This document shows positions 1 through 13,505 of a stretch of 64,000 nucleotides of DNA, piece by piece. The notes under the pieces were generated by a model. That model worked only from the letters and a program-made list of their open reading frames with translations, made no database searches and was not told where the DNA came from. Made by a program: the position numbers and the translations under genes. Where the stretch lies: positions 620,001 through 684,000 of the forward strand of contig OZ024748.1 in NCBI GenBank assembly GCA_964016885.1, in the 5' to 3' direction. Within the stretch, counting starts at the first letter, position 1. Each line of letters begins with the position of its first letter. Source of the stretch: Eledone cirrhosa. Its lineage: Eukaryota.

Positions 1-1180
1 CAATGCGACTTCTACTGTCTAATTTCCCTGTACATCTACTGCATACATATTTCTCCCTACCTGTTAGTTTGCCTGCTATCCCGCTACATCTCTTGTGTAC
101 CAATGATCTGCATTGTGTGCATTTTATAGAATTTATGCCAGTTCCTTTTCTGCATATCGAACATGGCCATTTCCGTGACGGAATCAGGGTTTTGTCCTCT
201 TTTCTACTCATCAACACTTTTATCTTAGCTAGATTCACTCTCAGTCCTCTTGCTTCCAACTGCTGTTTCCATAGCCATAATTTATTCTCTAGCTCCTCTA
301 CTGATTCTGCTATAAGAACCAGATCGTCAGCATAGAGAAGTTCCCATGGACAGCCAGTCTTAAACTCCTCTGTTATGGCTTGGAGGACTATAATGAACAA
401 GAGCGGGCTGAGGACCGAACCCTGATGTACTCCTACTTGTATCTGGAATTCCTCACTAAACTCCATTCCTACCCTGACTTTACTGAGAGTACCTCTCTAC
501 AAAGTTTGCACTGTCCTCACAAGCCATTCCTCAACACCTAGCTTCCTTAGGGACCACCAGATGACAGATCGGGGTACCCTATCAAAGGCCTTCTCTAGGT
601 CAACAAAGGCTAAGTATAGTGGCTTATTCTTCTCTAAGAACCTCTCTTGCAATTGTCTCACCAAGAAGAGGGAATCTGTTGTACTCTTCCCAGGCACAAA
701 ACCAAACTGCATCTCATCTAGTTTGACCCTTTCTCTAATTAGTTGCGCTAAAATCCTTTCTGCCACTTTCATAACCTGATCTATCAGTTTTATACCCCTA
801 TAATTGCTCCTCTCCAGAGCATCCCCTTTACCTTTGTAGCAATTTATGAGAATACTGCTGCACCAGTCTTTGGGTATGACACCACCATATATAGCCTGAT
901 TGATGATGCGTGCAACCAGTTTAGTGCCTACGTCCCCTGATGCCTTCAGCATCTCAGCAACTATTCCCGATGGTCCTGCTCCTTACCATTTTTCATTTCC
1001 TTAATCGCCTCTTGGACCCTATATTCATCAATCTCAATAGCTGGTCCCTCTGTCGGATCTACCAAGGGTAATTTCTCTCTCTCCCATTTGTTCTCCACAT
1101 TCATCAGTCTCTCATCATGATATTTCCAGGCCTCCTTTTTCTGATCATTCGTGACACTAAGTACACCGGCATCATCCTGG

Positions 1181-1184
<4 letters not shown>
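1..1184 (-). mobile_element. RTE-clade LINE fragment (RT domain, disrupted, runs off window start)
   Basis: Minus-strand ORFs give YKGKGDALERSNYRGIKL, QFGFVPGKSTTD and AFVDLEKAFDRVPR; further along, GVHQGSVLSPLLF and ELLYADDLV; contains stops and frameshifts. Confidence 0.92.
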
Positions 1185-1246
<62 letters not shown>

Positions 1247-1407
1247 TGTATTGAAGCAAATAACTGTGTATACTTTAGGAATGTATCCTACATTGCCTAT
1301 TGAATACGCTGAGATACACCCGGTCCTGGCATTGATAAATATGCTGGGTCCGTCAACTCCTTATTATATATACATATATATACATATATATACATATATA
1401 TATATAT

Positions 1408-1564
1408 AATTGTTTCTACTTTAGGCACAAGGCCAGCAATTACCCAGTGCATTACTGGTACTTTATTTAGTCAACCTCGGCGGGATTTGAACTCAGATCG
1501 TAAAGGGACGTAACTATGCTGGAAAGCATGGTGTCTGACCCTCTACCGATACTGCCAATCCACC
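1408..1564 (-). mobile_element. tRNA-derived SINE, family A (internally deleted copy)
   Basis: Minus strand has A-box-like TGGCAGTATCGG and B-box GAGTTCAAATCC; near-identical to 4745-4931 and 52695-52882. Confidence 0.8.
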
Positions 1565-1675
1565 TCTTATATATATATAATGATGAACAAGTAAAACAGA
1601 TACGTTAGTCCATCCCTATTTATTTTATTATATGTATTTCGAAGATGTATGGCTTTTGTATAAGATCAGTCAACA

Positions 1676-2115
1676 TGTGATGCAGGTGAAGGGATGATGT
1701 GAGGGTGGTGGTGGTGGTGTGTGGTGGAGGTGGGTGGTGGAGGTGGGTGGTGGAGGTGGGTGGTGCAGGTGAAGGGATGATGTGAGGGTGGTGGTGGTGG
1801 TGGTGGTGGTGTGTGGTGGAGGTGGGTGGTGCAGGTGGGTGGTTCAGGTGAAGGGATGATGTGAGGGTGGTGGTGGTGGTGTGTGGTGGAGGTGGGTGGT
1901 GCAGGTGGGTGGTGCAGGTGAAGGGATGATGTGAGGGTGGTGGTGGTGGTGCGTGGTGGAGGTGGGTGGTGCAGGTGAAGGGATGATGTGAGGGTGGTGG
2001 TGGTGGCGTGTGGTGGTGGTGGTGGTGCAGGTGAAGGGATAATGTGAGGGTGGTGGTGGTGGTGCGTGGTGGAGGTGGGTGGTGCAGGTGAAGGGATGAT
2101 GTGAGGGTAGTGAGG
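1676..2115. repeat. GGT-rich minisatellite with unit core GCAGGTGAAGGGATGATGTGAGGGTGG
   Basis: About 7 recurrences separated by variable (GGT)n spacers. Confidence 0.85.
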
Positions 2116-2475
2116 GGGGACATGTGAGGGATGATATGAGGGTGGTGGGGTGGTACTGGTGGTGAATGGTCCTGCAGGTGGTGAGGGTAGTGGTGGTGAT
2201 GTTGGTGGTGGTGGTGGGGTGATACTATGTTTGGTGGGGTGGGGTGGAGGTGAGATATGTCAGGATAGCTACAAGTGAGAGGCATCAAATGTAGTTCCGA
2301 GGTTGAGATATAATTATAGAAATAATAATTATTGTTATGTTGTTGTTTTAATAATGGCGTGTGTGTGGCTGTGTGTGCGTAGGTGTGTCTGTATCCATGT
2401 GTTTATGTGTGTGTGCAAATGTGTTTGTGGGTGTGTGTGTATGAAGGTGATAGAGAGAGAAAAAGAATAACAGTG

Positions 2476-2523
<48 letters not shown>

Positions 2524-3010
2524 GTATATATACATATATATATATGTATGTGTATATATATATAAAGAGAGAGAGAATAACAGTGATACATATATATGTA
2601 TGTGTATATATATATATACATACAGAGAGAGAGAGTGTGTGTGTGTGTTTCTGTGTGTATGTATATATGTAAGTGTTTCATCATCATCATCATCATATGT
2701 CTATTTTCCCCCTGCTATATATATGTGTATGTGTGTGTGCATGTGTATGTCTGTATGTGTGGACAAAATTTTAATGACCGTTGACCTATGACCCTAACCC
2801 CAACCCCTGAACTTTGTCTTTCTTGCCCCCCTCAATCTAATTACAGAACCACTAGTTGGCTAGAATGAGGGAGATGGTGGGGGTGGGGGCAATTTTTGAC
2901 ACAGATTTACATTAATAATAATGTTACACCTTATAGACAGACATACAGCAGACATAGATACATACATACATAAACACATATACACATATATACATACATA
3001 CATTTGAAGT

Positions 3011-3325
3011 CCCCCTTCAGTTCAAATGACCATGGTTTTGTGCCTAGAAAGTTCCTCTCTGAGGCACAATCCTGGGCAAGGTTGTTTGTGGAAGACCAGC
3101 AGTCACCCATGTATACCAATCTCCTCTCTCCAAGCCACAGTTGTTGTCTAAGGGAAAGGCAATGAATGATACAGCTTGGCACCAGTGATGTCGCAAGTCA
3201 TTTCGACAGCTGAGTCAACCAGAGCAACGTGAAATAAAGTGTCTTGCTCAAAGACTCAACACATCATCTGGTCCAAGAATTGAACTCACAACCTCTCAAT
3301 TGCAAGCCCAAAGCTCTAACCACTA
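3011..3325 (-). mobile_element. tRNA-derived SINE, family B (CORE-like central domain)
   Basis: Minus strand GTGGTTAGAGC...GAGTTCAATTC head, then TTGAGCAAGACACTTTATTTCAC; same body as 6375-6683. Confidence 0.75.
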
Positions 3326-3380
3326 TACATACATATATGATGGCTGCAACTTGATTTTGAGTAATGCTATTGCTTGATAC

Positions 3381-3609
3381 TTAACCCTTTAGCATTTAAA
3401 CCCGCCATATCTGGCCAGAACTCTCTCATTTCCTTTTGTTCAAACCGGCTGAAACTGGCCGCTCATACCTACATTAAGGTATTGTTCTCAAAATAAATAA
3501 CATCAAAATTTCATAGATTTGATATTATGCGAGATAATTATGTAAGATAAAGCCTTTACTGTGAAAATACAATAGCATATATAAAGTAATTTAAATGCGA
3601 AAGGGTTAA
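3381..3609. mobile_element. piggyBac-type MITE
   Basis: TTAA-CCCTTTAGCATTTA ... TAAATGCGAAAGGG-TTAA; full copy at 29742-29975, fragments at ~6230-6345, 42615-42660, 43170-43220 and 57015-57230. Confidence 0.85.
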
Positions 3610-4744
3610 GCATGAACAGCACAGACTAGGTTTTTAGTCCTGTGAGAGACTTGCACACTCTTGCACAGACATTGCAACGATGGAAGCCTCTCACATTAGA
3701 TGCTATGGTCATGTATTGGTGCACTTTCAAATGACATTTCAGTCCACCAACTGAGGTTCACTCTTAGCCACATTCTCCACAAACAAAAATGCCATACAAT
3801 GCACAGTTGACAGTGTTCCCGAGTACATGGCTTCCCCGACGACTATTGTTGCTGTTGCTTGTTGTTGTTGTGGTGGTGGTGGTGGTTCTGATGATGGCGA
3901 TGGTAATGTTGATGTTGATAGTGGTGATGGTGCTGATGATGGTGATGGTATTGTTGATGTTGATGGTGGTGGTGATGGTGGTGATGGTGGTGATGGTGGT
4001 GCTGGTGGTACTGATGGTAATGGGGGTGATGGTGGTGCTGTTGGTGCTGATGGTGCTGGTGGTAATGGCGGTACTGATGGTGATGGGGGTGATGGTGGTG
4101 CTGTTGATGATAGTGGTGATGGGGCTGCTGGTGGTGATGGTGGTGATGGAGGTGATGGTGGTGATGGTGGTGCTGTTGGTGATGATGGTGATGGTGGTGA
4201 TGGTGGTGATGTGTAGTCTATTCTTTCTTCCTCCAAGCAGATGTTAAACATATCTAATTGGCATATTTGCTTCCTAGTTCCAACATACACACCAAAAAAC
4301 CTAACACCACCAACACCACAACCTCCACCGCCACCACAATTACACAATAACACACAACACCACTCTAAATCTTCCGAAACACCACCACCACCACCACCAC
4401 TCTAAATCTTCGGAAACATCACCACAATCTTTAAATTACTTCCAACTGTTGCCTGCTGGCTCCTTTATTCTAACATTGCATTTAAAACTAAATTGGTGTT
4501 GACAACAGCAGCAACAAATTATGGCTGACAATAACAACAACACTGACACAACAACAACCACAACATAACCACAATCAAAACACTGACAACAACACAGCAA
4601 CACAACAACAACAACAGCAACAACAACAGCAACAACACAACCACAATCAAAACACTGAAACATCAACACAACAACAGTCACAATCAAAACAATGACATCA
4701 ACACAGCAACAACAACAACAACCACAACAATAACATTCAATATA

Positions 4745-4931
4745 ATTGTTTCTACTTTAGGCACAAGGCCAGCAATTACCCAGTGCATTACTGGTACTTT
4801 ATTTTATTGACCCCCGTAAGGATGAAAGGCAAAGTTAACCTCGGCGGGATTTGAACTCAGATTGTAAAGGGACGTAACTATGCTGGAAAGCATGGCGTCC
4901 GACCCTCTACCGATACTGCCAATCCACCGCC
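4745..4931 (-). mobile_element. tRNA-derived SINE, family A
   Basis: A/B boxes plus central GAGGTTAACTTTGCCTTTCATCCTTACGGGG..AATAAAATAAAGTACCAG, resembling the MetaSINE-type conserved domain. Confidence 0.85.
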
Positions 4932-5095
4932 ATTCAATATAATGACATCAACACTAACAATATTTCACTAAATCTCAACTAGGTCTAGATGTCCATTTCC
5001 ATTATCATTTATTATTATTATTATCATTATTATTATTAATATTATTATCAATATATATATATATATATATATAATTTTAATTAATTCAAATTAAA

Positions 5096-5190
<95 letters not shown>

Positions 5191-6374
5191 AAGAGAGAGA
5201 AAAAGCCATATATGGTTTAAGAAACACAGTATAATAGTCAGGAAAAAATATGGATTTGAAGGTGGAAAAGTTCTTCTTTCCTTATGGTACCATTTCATGA
5301 TTCGCAAACCACAACAAAAATCGATCTAAACAATCGATTATTGAACACCAACTATCGAATTTGGTAAAGCTATGGGAGATACAAATCAATCATTAGAGGA
5401 TTCATCTTTGGATAAGTTCCAATGGAGTATAGAGTACAAAATATTTTTATATGTCGGGATCTGAGAGTTAGACCAACACCATAGACAGCATGGTGTGAGA
5501 ACATTTTAACTGTGGTGGCAGATATAAATAGGACTGGACGTTATATCCGCTAGAATGAGATGCAAAGTACTTGTCACAGTGTGAACAGCTCAACAAATTA
5601 ATAATTTGGAGCAGTTATATATTTATTTAAGGTATCACAACATATATAATATATATAATGCTTATGTTTTTCAGTAAAAAAGCTCAGTGGACATTTTCCC
5701 AGAGCATCAATAATTGAAATTAAAAGATATATGTATAGAGAGAAAGAAAGAGCCATATATCGTTTAAAAAACACACAGTATTTTGTACATAGATAAAGCA
5801 CATAATATCACACGACCCCGTCTGTTGTCTTCTATTCTCTCTTCTTACCCTTTCTACACCTCAGTGTCCTTCTTCTTTCTCTACACAGTGAACAACAGTT
5901 CTTATCCTCTTCTTTTACTATTTCTCTCCTTTCTATTTTTTCTCCTTTAGCTAAGCCCTTACACTATATTTGTGTTATTTACCTTAAGATATAACTTGTT
6001 TCTGCCTGTTTTGTTATGTCCTAATGTATACTGGAATGAATGGTATCAACCTTAATGAACTGAAACCATAGTGATTTCCAGAAGTTGACTGAGGAGATGG
6101 AACTGTCTGTCTTTCTGTTTTTTTTCCATTGTATTTGTCCTGTGTGCTCCCCCCCCCCCCTATTTTGAATTTATATTCTAAAGACCTTGTTATGCAAGCT
6201 TTTACATTACTTTATATTTACTATTTAATTTTCATGGTAAACACTTTATTTCACATAATTATCTCACATAATATCGGATCTATGAGATGTTGATATGATT
6301 TATTTTAAGGACAATACCTTAACATAAGTCTGAGCAGCCAGTGCTGAGACCTGAGATTCTATGATATATCAAAC

Positions 6375-6683
6375 CGGGTGATGTGTTGTGTCCTTGAACA
6401 AGACACTTTATTTCACGATATTCCAGTTAACTCAGCTGTAGAAATGAGTTGTGACATCACTCATGCCAAGCTGTATTGACCTTAGCCTTTCCCTTGGACA
6501 ACATCGGTGGCATGGTGAGGGGGAGTCTGGTATACGTGGGCGACAGCAGGTCTTCCACAAACAACTTAGCCCGGACTTGTGCCTCAGAGTGGAACTTTCT
6601 AGGTAAAAATCCCATGCTCTTGTTTGGTGTAAAAAATGAATGACTATAGACCAAAGTCATTCCAGCTGTGACCATCCATCCTG
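6375..6683 (+). mobile_element. SINE family B body
   Basis: GTGTCCTTGAACAAGACACTTTATTTCAC; reverse complement of 3011-3270. Confidence 0.7.
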
Positions 6684-6813
6684 ACCACTCATATTAGTGT
6701 TGCTACCTTCTTTAATGTTTGTTGTAGTTGTTGTTGTAGTTGCTACTGTTGTTATTGTCAATGTTGTTGCTGTTATTGTAGCTACATTGTCTAATGAATG
6801 TTGTAGTTGTCGA

Positions 6814-6916
<103 letters not shown>

Positions 6917-7137
6917 ATTATTGTTGATGTTGCTATTATTTTTATTTTAGGTGTTGTTACTGTTGTTGTTACTGTTATTGTTATTGTTGCTGTTGTTGTT
7001 ATTGTTGCTATTGTTCTTAATTTTGTTGTTGTTACTGTTCTTATGTGCTTATTGTTGCTGATGTTGTTGTTATAATTTCCTTCTGGAAGCTTCTAAATAT
7101 AACAGTTGTTGAATTATTCATAGGAAAATGGAACTGA

Positions 7138-7645
7138 TAGTGGCCAGTGATCATTTGTGGTGGTAGTGGTGGTGTGGTGGTAGTGATGGTGTGGTGGTGG
7201 TGGTGTGGTGGTGGTGGTGGTGGTAGTGATGGTGTGGTGGTGGTGGTGTGGTGGTGGTGGTGGTAGTGTGGTGGTGTGGTGGTGGTGGTGGTGTGGTGGT
7301 GGTAGTGGTGGTGGTAGTGTGGTGGTGTTGGTGGTAGTGTGGTGGTGTTGGTGGTGGTGGTGTGGTGGTGTGGTGGTGGTGGTGGTAGTGTGGTGGTGTT
7401 GGTGGTAGTGGCCAGTGATCATTTGTGGTGGTAGTGGTGGTGTGGTGGTGGTAGTGGTGGTGTGGTGGTTTTGGTGGTGGTGGTGGTGGTGGTAGTGTGG
7501 TGGTTTTGGTGGTGGTGGTAGTGTGGTGGTGGTGTTGGTGGTAGTGGCCAGGGATCATTTGTGGTGGTAGTGGTGGTGGTGGTGGTAGTGTGGTGGTGGT
7601 GTTGGTGGTAGTGGCCAGGGATCATTTGTGGTGGTGGTGGTGGTA
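7138..7645. repeat. (GGT)n array punctuated by AGTGGCCAG(T/G)GATCATTTGTGG
   Basis: Four copies of the punctuating motif (~7139, 7406, 7543, 7609). Confidence 0.8.
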
Positions 7646-8034
7646 GTGCTGTTGTTGGTAGTGGTTGTAGTAGTGTGATGGTGAGGGTGGTGGTGGTGTA
7701 GGTAGTGTTGTTGTTGTGGTGGTGTGATGGTATTGTGATGGTGATGGTTGTTGTGGTGGTGGCGTTAGTGGTGGTGTTCCGGATGTCATGGTGTCAGAGT
7801 GGTGTTGGTAGTAGTGTGGTGGTGGTGGTTGTGGTGGTTGGTGATGTCATGGTGGTGTTTGCCCTTCATATTTTATGATAACTGTAATCTCAGTACACAG
7901 TACAGTAAAAAGCAAGAGAGAAAGAGAGGGGGAAGAATAGGTGAAAGAGAGAGAGAGAGAATTACTATTGTCTCATATATAATTGCTTGACATTAACTGT
8001 TTGTTCCCAACATACACTATATATGTGTGTGTAA

Positions 8035-8067
<33 letters not shown>

Positions 8068-9432
8068 CATACATACATATACTCGTACACACACACATAC
8101 ATACACACATACATACACACATACATGCATACATACATAAACACACATACATGCATACATATCATATACACACACTCTCTCTCGCTTCTCCATCCTTACT
8201 CTCTTTCTCTCTCTTACACCCCCACTCTCTCTCCCTCTTTCTCTATATCACTAACTCTCATTTTCCCTCCCACTCACCCGCCACTCACCTCCTCCTAAGG
8301 AAATAACTTTCACTAATTCACTGATATTAGCATACATACTCTAACACATATACTTGTACATATTCACAAACATATATATATACCATATATATGTACATAT
8401 ATATGTACATATACGCAAACATATATGCATATATATATATACCATACACATATACACAAACATATATACATATGTACAATACAATATATACATACACACT
8501 CTTTGTTTTTAGTAAAATACCTTTCATTCATACACACACGTAAACACAAACACACTGACAAAACACATAGCTATGATGGTCTCATGGATGTATCAGTCAA
8601 CCTAGGGGTATATTCTTCTTATCGTGTCCACAAGAGTGTCGTTCTACCACAGCTGAACATATTGTTGTTCTTTCTCATTAAACTCTGCCAAGTCCAATGC
8701 TGTGCAGGGGTATATAAATCCATATATCTTGGCTTGTTTTTCTTAGGGTGGTCTCAGTCTATTGACATCAACTGTAGCAGTACTGATTATTACAGTATTG
8801 CTCCAGCTAAGACATGTCACATGTTAGTGAAGCTACATTTCTGCATCCACACATTTCTGCATCCACACATTTACTTCATCGCTGCATGTATTACATCTTA
8901 CTGACAAATTCCACTAAATCTAAATACATGTACACAACAAAAATACTCTACATTTTACAAATGTGTTAATAAAGACACACTTAGTCTTATTTCAAACTTC
9001 TGCATATTCCTGTTCTTGTTTTTGTTTGCTACACGGTTTAGTCAAATTCCATGGTAAAAAATAAACATCTAAATTAACAGTTTTGAATTTTTATTGGTCT
9101 GTATCAATGCTTTGGGGAAATCACTTTTACCACATCAATCACACATCAATGACATCAATCACTTCAACCCACACATCAACAACAAATAGATGGATCAACC
9201 ATCAATTATAACAAATCATTCATAAAATAAAAAAAATCTTCTAATTGGAGAGATAAAAGAACATTAGTTGTATTTTATATGGCTGCTTACAGACACCTTT
9301 AGATCAACTAGCCATACCTGTCTATTAAAGTGATAAAATTATAAGTAATACCGTAATATTTAGATTATGTCATTTTTGTATCAGATTGAATTATACACAC
9401 ACATAAGTATATATATATATATATATATATAT

Positions 9433-10008
9433 ACTATGAATAAAGAGTTCTAAACTCAAACAGTCCTTTACAATGAAATAGCTCAAAGAAAGAAGTATTT
9501 CTGAGCCGTGTAATACAAGTTAATATAAATTAATATATATGATAAACACAAATACCAACATATAAGTGTTTGTATTGTAAATGACTAAGTTAGCTAGATT
9601 GAAAAATACTAATTATAATAATACAGTTTGCCTGTCTCGATTTAAAATAATAAATCAATAAAAACAAACCATATTGGCAAATGGCCGTGGTACTTGGACA
9701 AATTTAAATTTCAAAATCCAAACCTGTTCCGTAGATAAGTTTAAACTTCAAAATCCAAAAAAGTTATTTGGATTTTGAAGTTTAAACTTATCTACGGAAC
9801 AGGTTTGGATTTTGAAATTTAAATTTGTCCAAGTACCACGGCCATTTGCCAATATGGTTTGTTTTTATTGATTTATTATTTTAAATCGAGACAGGCAAAC
9901 TGTATTATTATAATTAGTATTTTTCAATCTAGCTAACTTAGTCATTTACAATACAAACACTTATATGTTGGTATTTGTGTTTATCATATATATTAATTTA
10001 TATTAACT

Positions 10009-10013
<5 letters not shown>
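9433..10013. mobile_element. Fold-back insertion in (TA)n: ~80-bp tail plus ~247-bp inverted arms; probable PLE terminal remnant
   Basis: Arms 9513-9759 and 9767-10013 are reverse complements around a 7-nt loop; flanked by (TA)n; bulged hairpin at 9480-9507; no canonical hammerhead core seen. Confidence 0.75.
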
Positions 10014-10046
<33 letters not shown>

Positions 10047-10178
10047 TGATGGACATATGTATAAAATAACATATCAAACTTTAACAGGAGATAATCTGTA
10101 AAGAACATATAGTTCCGTAAGGTAATGTATCAAAATTTAACAAAGAATTCAAATATACATACATGGCAAAAATTGTTT

Positions 10179-10311
<133 letters not shown>

Positions 10312-10392
10312 GGTAAACAGAAATAACAACACAATCGGTACAGTATATGGAAGGGATATATAAGGTTAATGCTTGAAATATCAGGAAAAGAG

Positions 10393-10428
10393 TTTTAACG
10401 TTTCGGAGACTAGTCTTTCATCAGAAGA
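10393..10428 (-). ncRNA. Minimal hammerhead ribozyme motif in a PLE pLTR fragment (~10306-10490)
   Basis: Minus strand TT-CTGATGA-aagactagtctcc-GAAA-CG-TT-aaa; helix I is weak. Confidence 0.6.
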
Positions 10429-10502
10429 AAGAATGAGAAATTAGATAGATTGAAGAGACAGGCGGGGTGGAATTGGAAAAAATGTTTTCATATATATATA
10501 CA

Positions 10503-10553
<51 letters not shown>

Positions 10554-10788
10554 ATATGCATATATATATCATCATTATCGTTTAACGTCTATCTTTCACA
10601 CTAGCATGGGTTTATATATATGCAATCTATATATGTATAGACAGTCCTATACGAGCAGGACAACCAATCTTGCCTCAAGTGGGAAAACTCCCATCCAAAC
10701 CCATGCAAGCGTGGAAGATGGACGTTAAACGATGATGATGATGATGATATATATATGCATCTATCTAGCTATCTATATATATATATAT

Positions 10789-11646
10789 ATCATCATCATC
10801 ATCATCGTTTAACTTCCATATTCCACGCTTGCATGGGTTTGGAAGGGAGTTTTCCCACTTGAGGCAAGAGTGGTTGTCTTGCTCGCATAGGACTGTCTGG
10901 CGGGTTTTCTACGGCTGGATGCCCTTCCTAACACCAACCACATTTACAGTGTGGAACTGGGAGGTTTTTACCGTGTTACCTACATGGTCACATTACAGCG
11001 TGGACTGTGTTTTTTTGTCGTGACACCTACACGACCTCATTTGTTTCGGGCTGGATGTTGTGGTACCAACATAACTTTACATTGAAAGGGGTGGTGTGGA
11101 TGGGGTGGGGGTAGTGGGACGGGGGTATATTTTGTTAGAGGTGCCTACTGACTGTAGTAGGTTTCACTTTGTACTTAGGTAAGGCGGGTCTTCTCTATTA
11201 CTGTGTAGCGCCAAAGATCTCGGTCCAGTGACATTGTCTTGGAGAGGTGTAAGTGTGTGAGGTCAGAATTTATCAAGTCGTCCCAGGTTTTTCTGGGTCT
11301 GCCTACTCCGTGGCTACTGTCTATTTTTATTGCCCTGCACTTTTTTATACAGCTGTCGTCTTTCATGCGCATCACGTGATCATACCAACGTAGCCTTCTC
11401 TCGAGTAAACAACATCTGATCCCTCTTATTTCTAATTTTTCCCTTAGTTCGTTTATGCTTTGCCGTTCACGTATATTACTATTACACATCCAGCGGAGCA
11501 TGCAAGCTTCGTTCCTCTCCAGTCTGCATATATCCTCTGCACACAATGCCCAGGTCTCACTGCCATGCAACATTGCTGTTCGTATGCAGGCATCATACAG
11601 CCTGCCTTTCATTTTTAGGGAGAACCCTTTAGCGGCTAATAGTGGT
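10789..11646 (-). mobile_element. RTE LINE 3' fragment (ORF end, 3'UTR, (ATG)n tail)
   Basis: MLHGSETWAL..ERRLRWYDHVMRM..GRPRKTWDD; 3'UTR ends AAACGATGATGAT; flanked by (TA)n. Confidence 0.92.
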
Positions 11647-11658
11647 ATATATATATAT

Positions 11659-11689
<31 letters not shown>

Positions 11690-11691
11690 CA

Positions 11692-11734
<43 letters not shown>

Positions 11735-11737
<3 letters not shown>

Positions 11738-12151
11738 GGAGGTGAGTTTTATTGTAGTACAATAAAGCAATGCAGATATCGGATAAGAAGCACTCTACAG
11801 TTTGTAGGACTGGAGTATGCATAATATAAGATCAAAAGATGGTTAAAGGAGTTCCATGTATTTTATTATGCGCATTTCAAAAACAAACATCATCATGCAA
11901 TAATATTTGTGTTTTCATCAGATAAAACAGGAGAACATGATATGAAGGCTAAAAAACACTTGTGGATAGTGCAGTTTTAAATCAACATAATATGTTGATT
12001 TAAAACTGCACTATCCACAAGTGTTTTTTAGGCTTCATATCATGTTCTCCTGTTTTATCTGATGAAAACACAAATATTATTGCATGATGATGTTTGTTTT
12101 TGAAATGCGCATAATAAAATACATGGAACTCCTTTAACCATCTTTTGATCT

Positions 12152-12159
<8 letters not shown>
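11735..12159. mobile_element. Fold-back hammerhead-bearing PLE remnant (tail plus ~168-bp arms)
   Basis: Arms 11821-11989 and 11991-12159; tail 11735-11820; sister copy at 43418-43847 in opposite orientation. Confidence 0.85.
12051..12123 (+). ncRNA. Type I hammerhead ribozyme (mirror copy on the minus strand in the left arm)
   Basis: gttttat-CTGATGA-[aaacacaaatattattgcatgatgatgtttgttttt]-GAAA-tgcgca-TA-ataaaat; palindromic helix III. Confidence 0.8.
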
Positions 12160-12198
<39 letters not shown>

Positions 12199-12872
12199 AT
12201 ATATATGCATGTATATAAATTAATCTGATACAAATATATATAATACAAGAATAGACATGAAAAACACAGTGATGCAGAAACATTTTATATTTATGTACAT
12301 ATATATAGCTCCATATATACCTATGTGCATGTGTGTGTGTGTGTGTGTGTGTGTACACTGGCGGCACTGTACCTATTTTTCTTTGAAGTTACTAAATTTA
12401 AATTCAAAACTTTCTACTTACTCTAAAAATGATGGTGATGATGACAGTGGTGGTGGTGGTGGTGATGATGATGCTGATGATGATAGTGGTGGTGGTGATG
12501 ATGGTGGTGGTGGTGGTAGTAATGATGATGGTGATGATGGTGGTGGTGGTGATGGTGATGATGATGAAGGCGGTGATGATGATGATGATGATGATGGTGG
12601 TGATAATGATGGTGATGATGACGATGATATTAATGCTTAGGGTGATATTGATGATGAAGATGATGATTTTGATGATGATGGTGATGATGATGATGATTTT
12701 TCATTAAATGTTTAATTTTTATTTTAAATATATTTTTTTACAATATTTTATTATTTCAGTGAGGGTCACGAGGTGTTGGTGGCAGTGGGAGGTAAGTGAT
12801 GTTTGAAAAAATATAATTAAGTCAAGATTGAAATTGTTGATTTTTCTTTTAATTAAAAGAAGAAAAAACGTC

Positions 12873-12912
<40 letters not shown>

Positions 12913-12959
12913 CCGTATATTTAAGAAAAAAAAACTGAAACCTTTTACCAAACAATTTG

Positions 12960-13472
12960 TGAACCCTAACAACATAATTAAAGTGACAATTACTTAGATT
13001 TATGGTGGATTGGTCGTAGCATCGGTAGAGCATCGGACAACATGCTTTGTGACTTTGAGATACGGTGCTTTATGTTCTGAGTTCAAATCCCGCCGAGGTT
13101 AACTTTGCCTTTCATCCTTACGGGGTTGATAAAATAAAGTACCAGTAATACACTGGGGTCAATTTAATTAACTTTCATTACTATCTTATTACCAGTAAGA
13201 TAAATAGCTCAATGTAATAACATCGGTTGTTTTACAGAGCAGTTATATAGAAAGTACATGAATCAAAGTTCAGTTTAAATCATTTATTTGCTTACAATTG
13301 TTTCCTCCAAACCGAGGTTTGGATTCTTCGGAGCAACTATTTAGTGATTTATAACATACTTGACCTCCTTTTCAACACAAGAGACATATAAAAACATATG
13401 CATATATTGACCCACAGTGGTTTGGAGGAAACAATTGTAAGCAAATAAATGATTTAAACTGAACTTTGATTA
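12960..13472 (-). mobile_element. PLE pLTR plus tail with short inverted arm, interrupted by a SINE
   Basis: Homologous to 46310-46580; hammerhead fold at 13288-13336 (minus); inverted partial arm at 13419-13472. Confidence 0.75.
13003..13172 (+). mobile_element. tRNA-derived SINE, family A
   Basis: GGTGGATTGGTCGTAGCATCGGTAGAGC...GAGTTCAAATCC...GCCTTTCATCCTTACGGGGTTGATAAAATAAAGTACCAG. Confidence 0.85.
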
Positions 13473-13505
13473 TTGTAATCTATATATATATATATATATA
13501 TATAT

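Noticed and set aside
9513-10013. Palindromes as DNA-transposon MITEs or pure assembly artefacts
   Set aside because: One-sided tails, hammerheads in the sister structures, PLE ORFs between some arms, and occasional arm mismatches favour a PLE origin. An artefact is not formally excluded without reads.
13003-13100. tRNA genes
   Set aside because: A/B boxes continue into SINE bodies and no complete cloverleaf is seen; the same applies to all copies.
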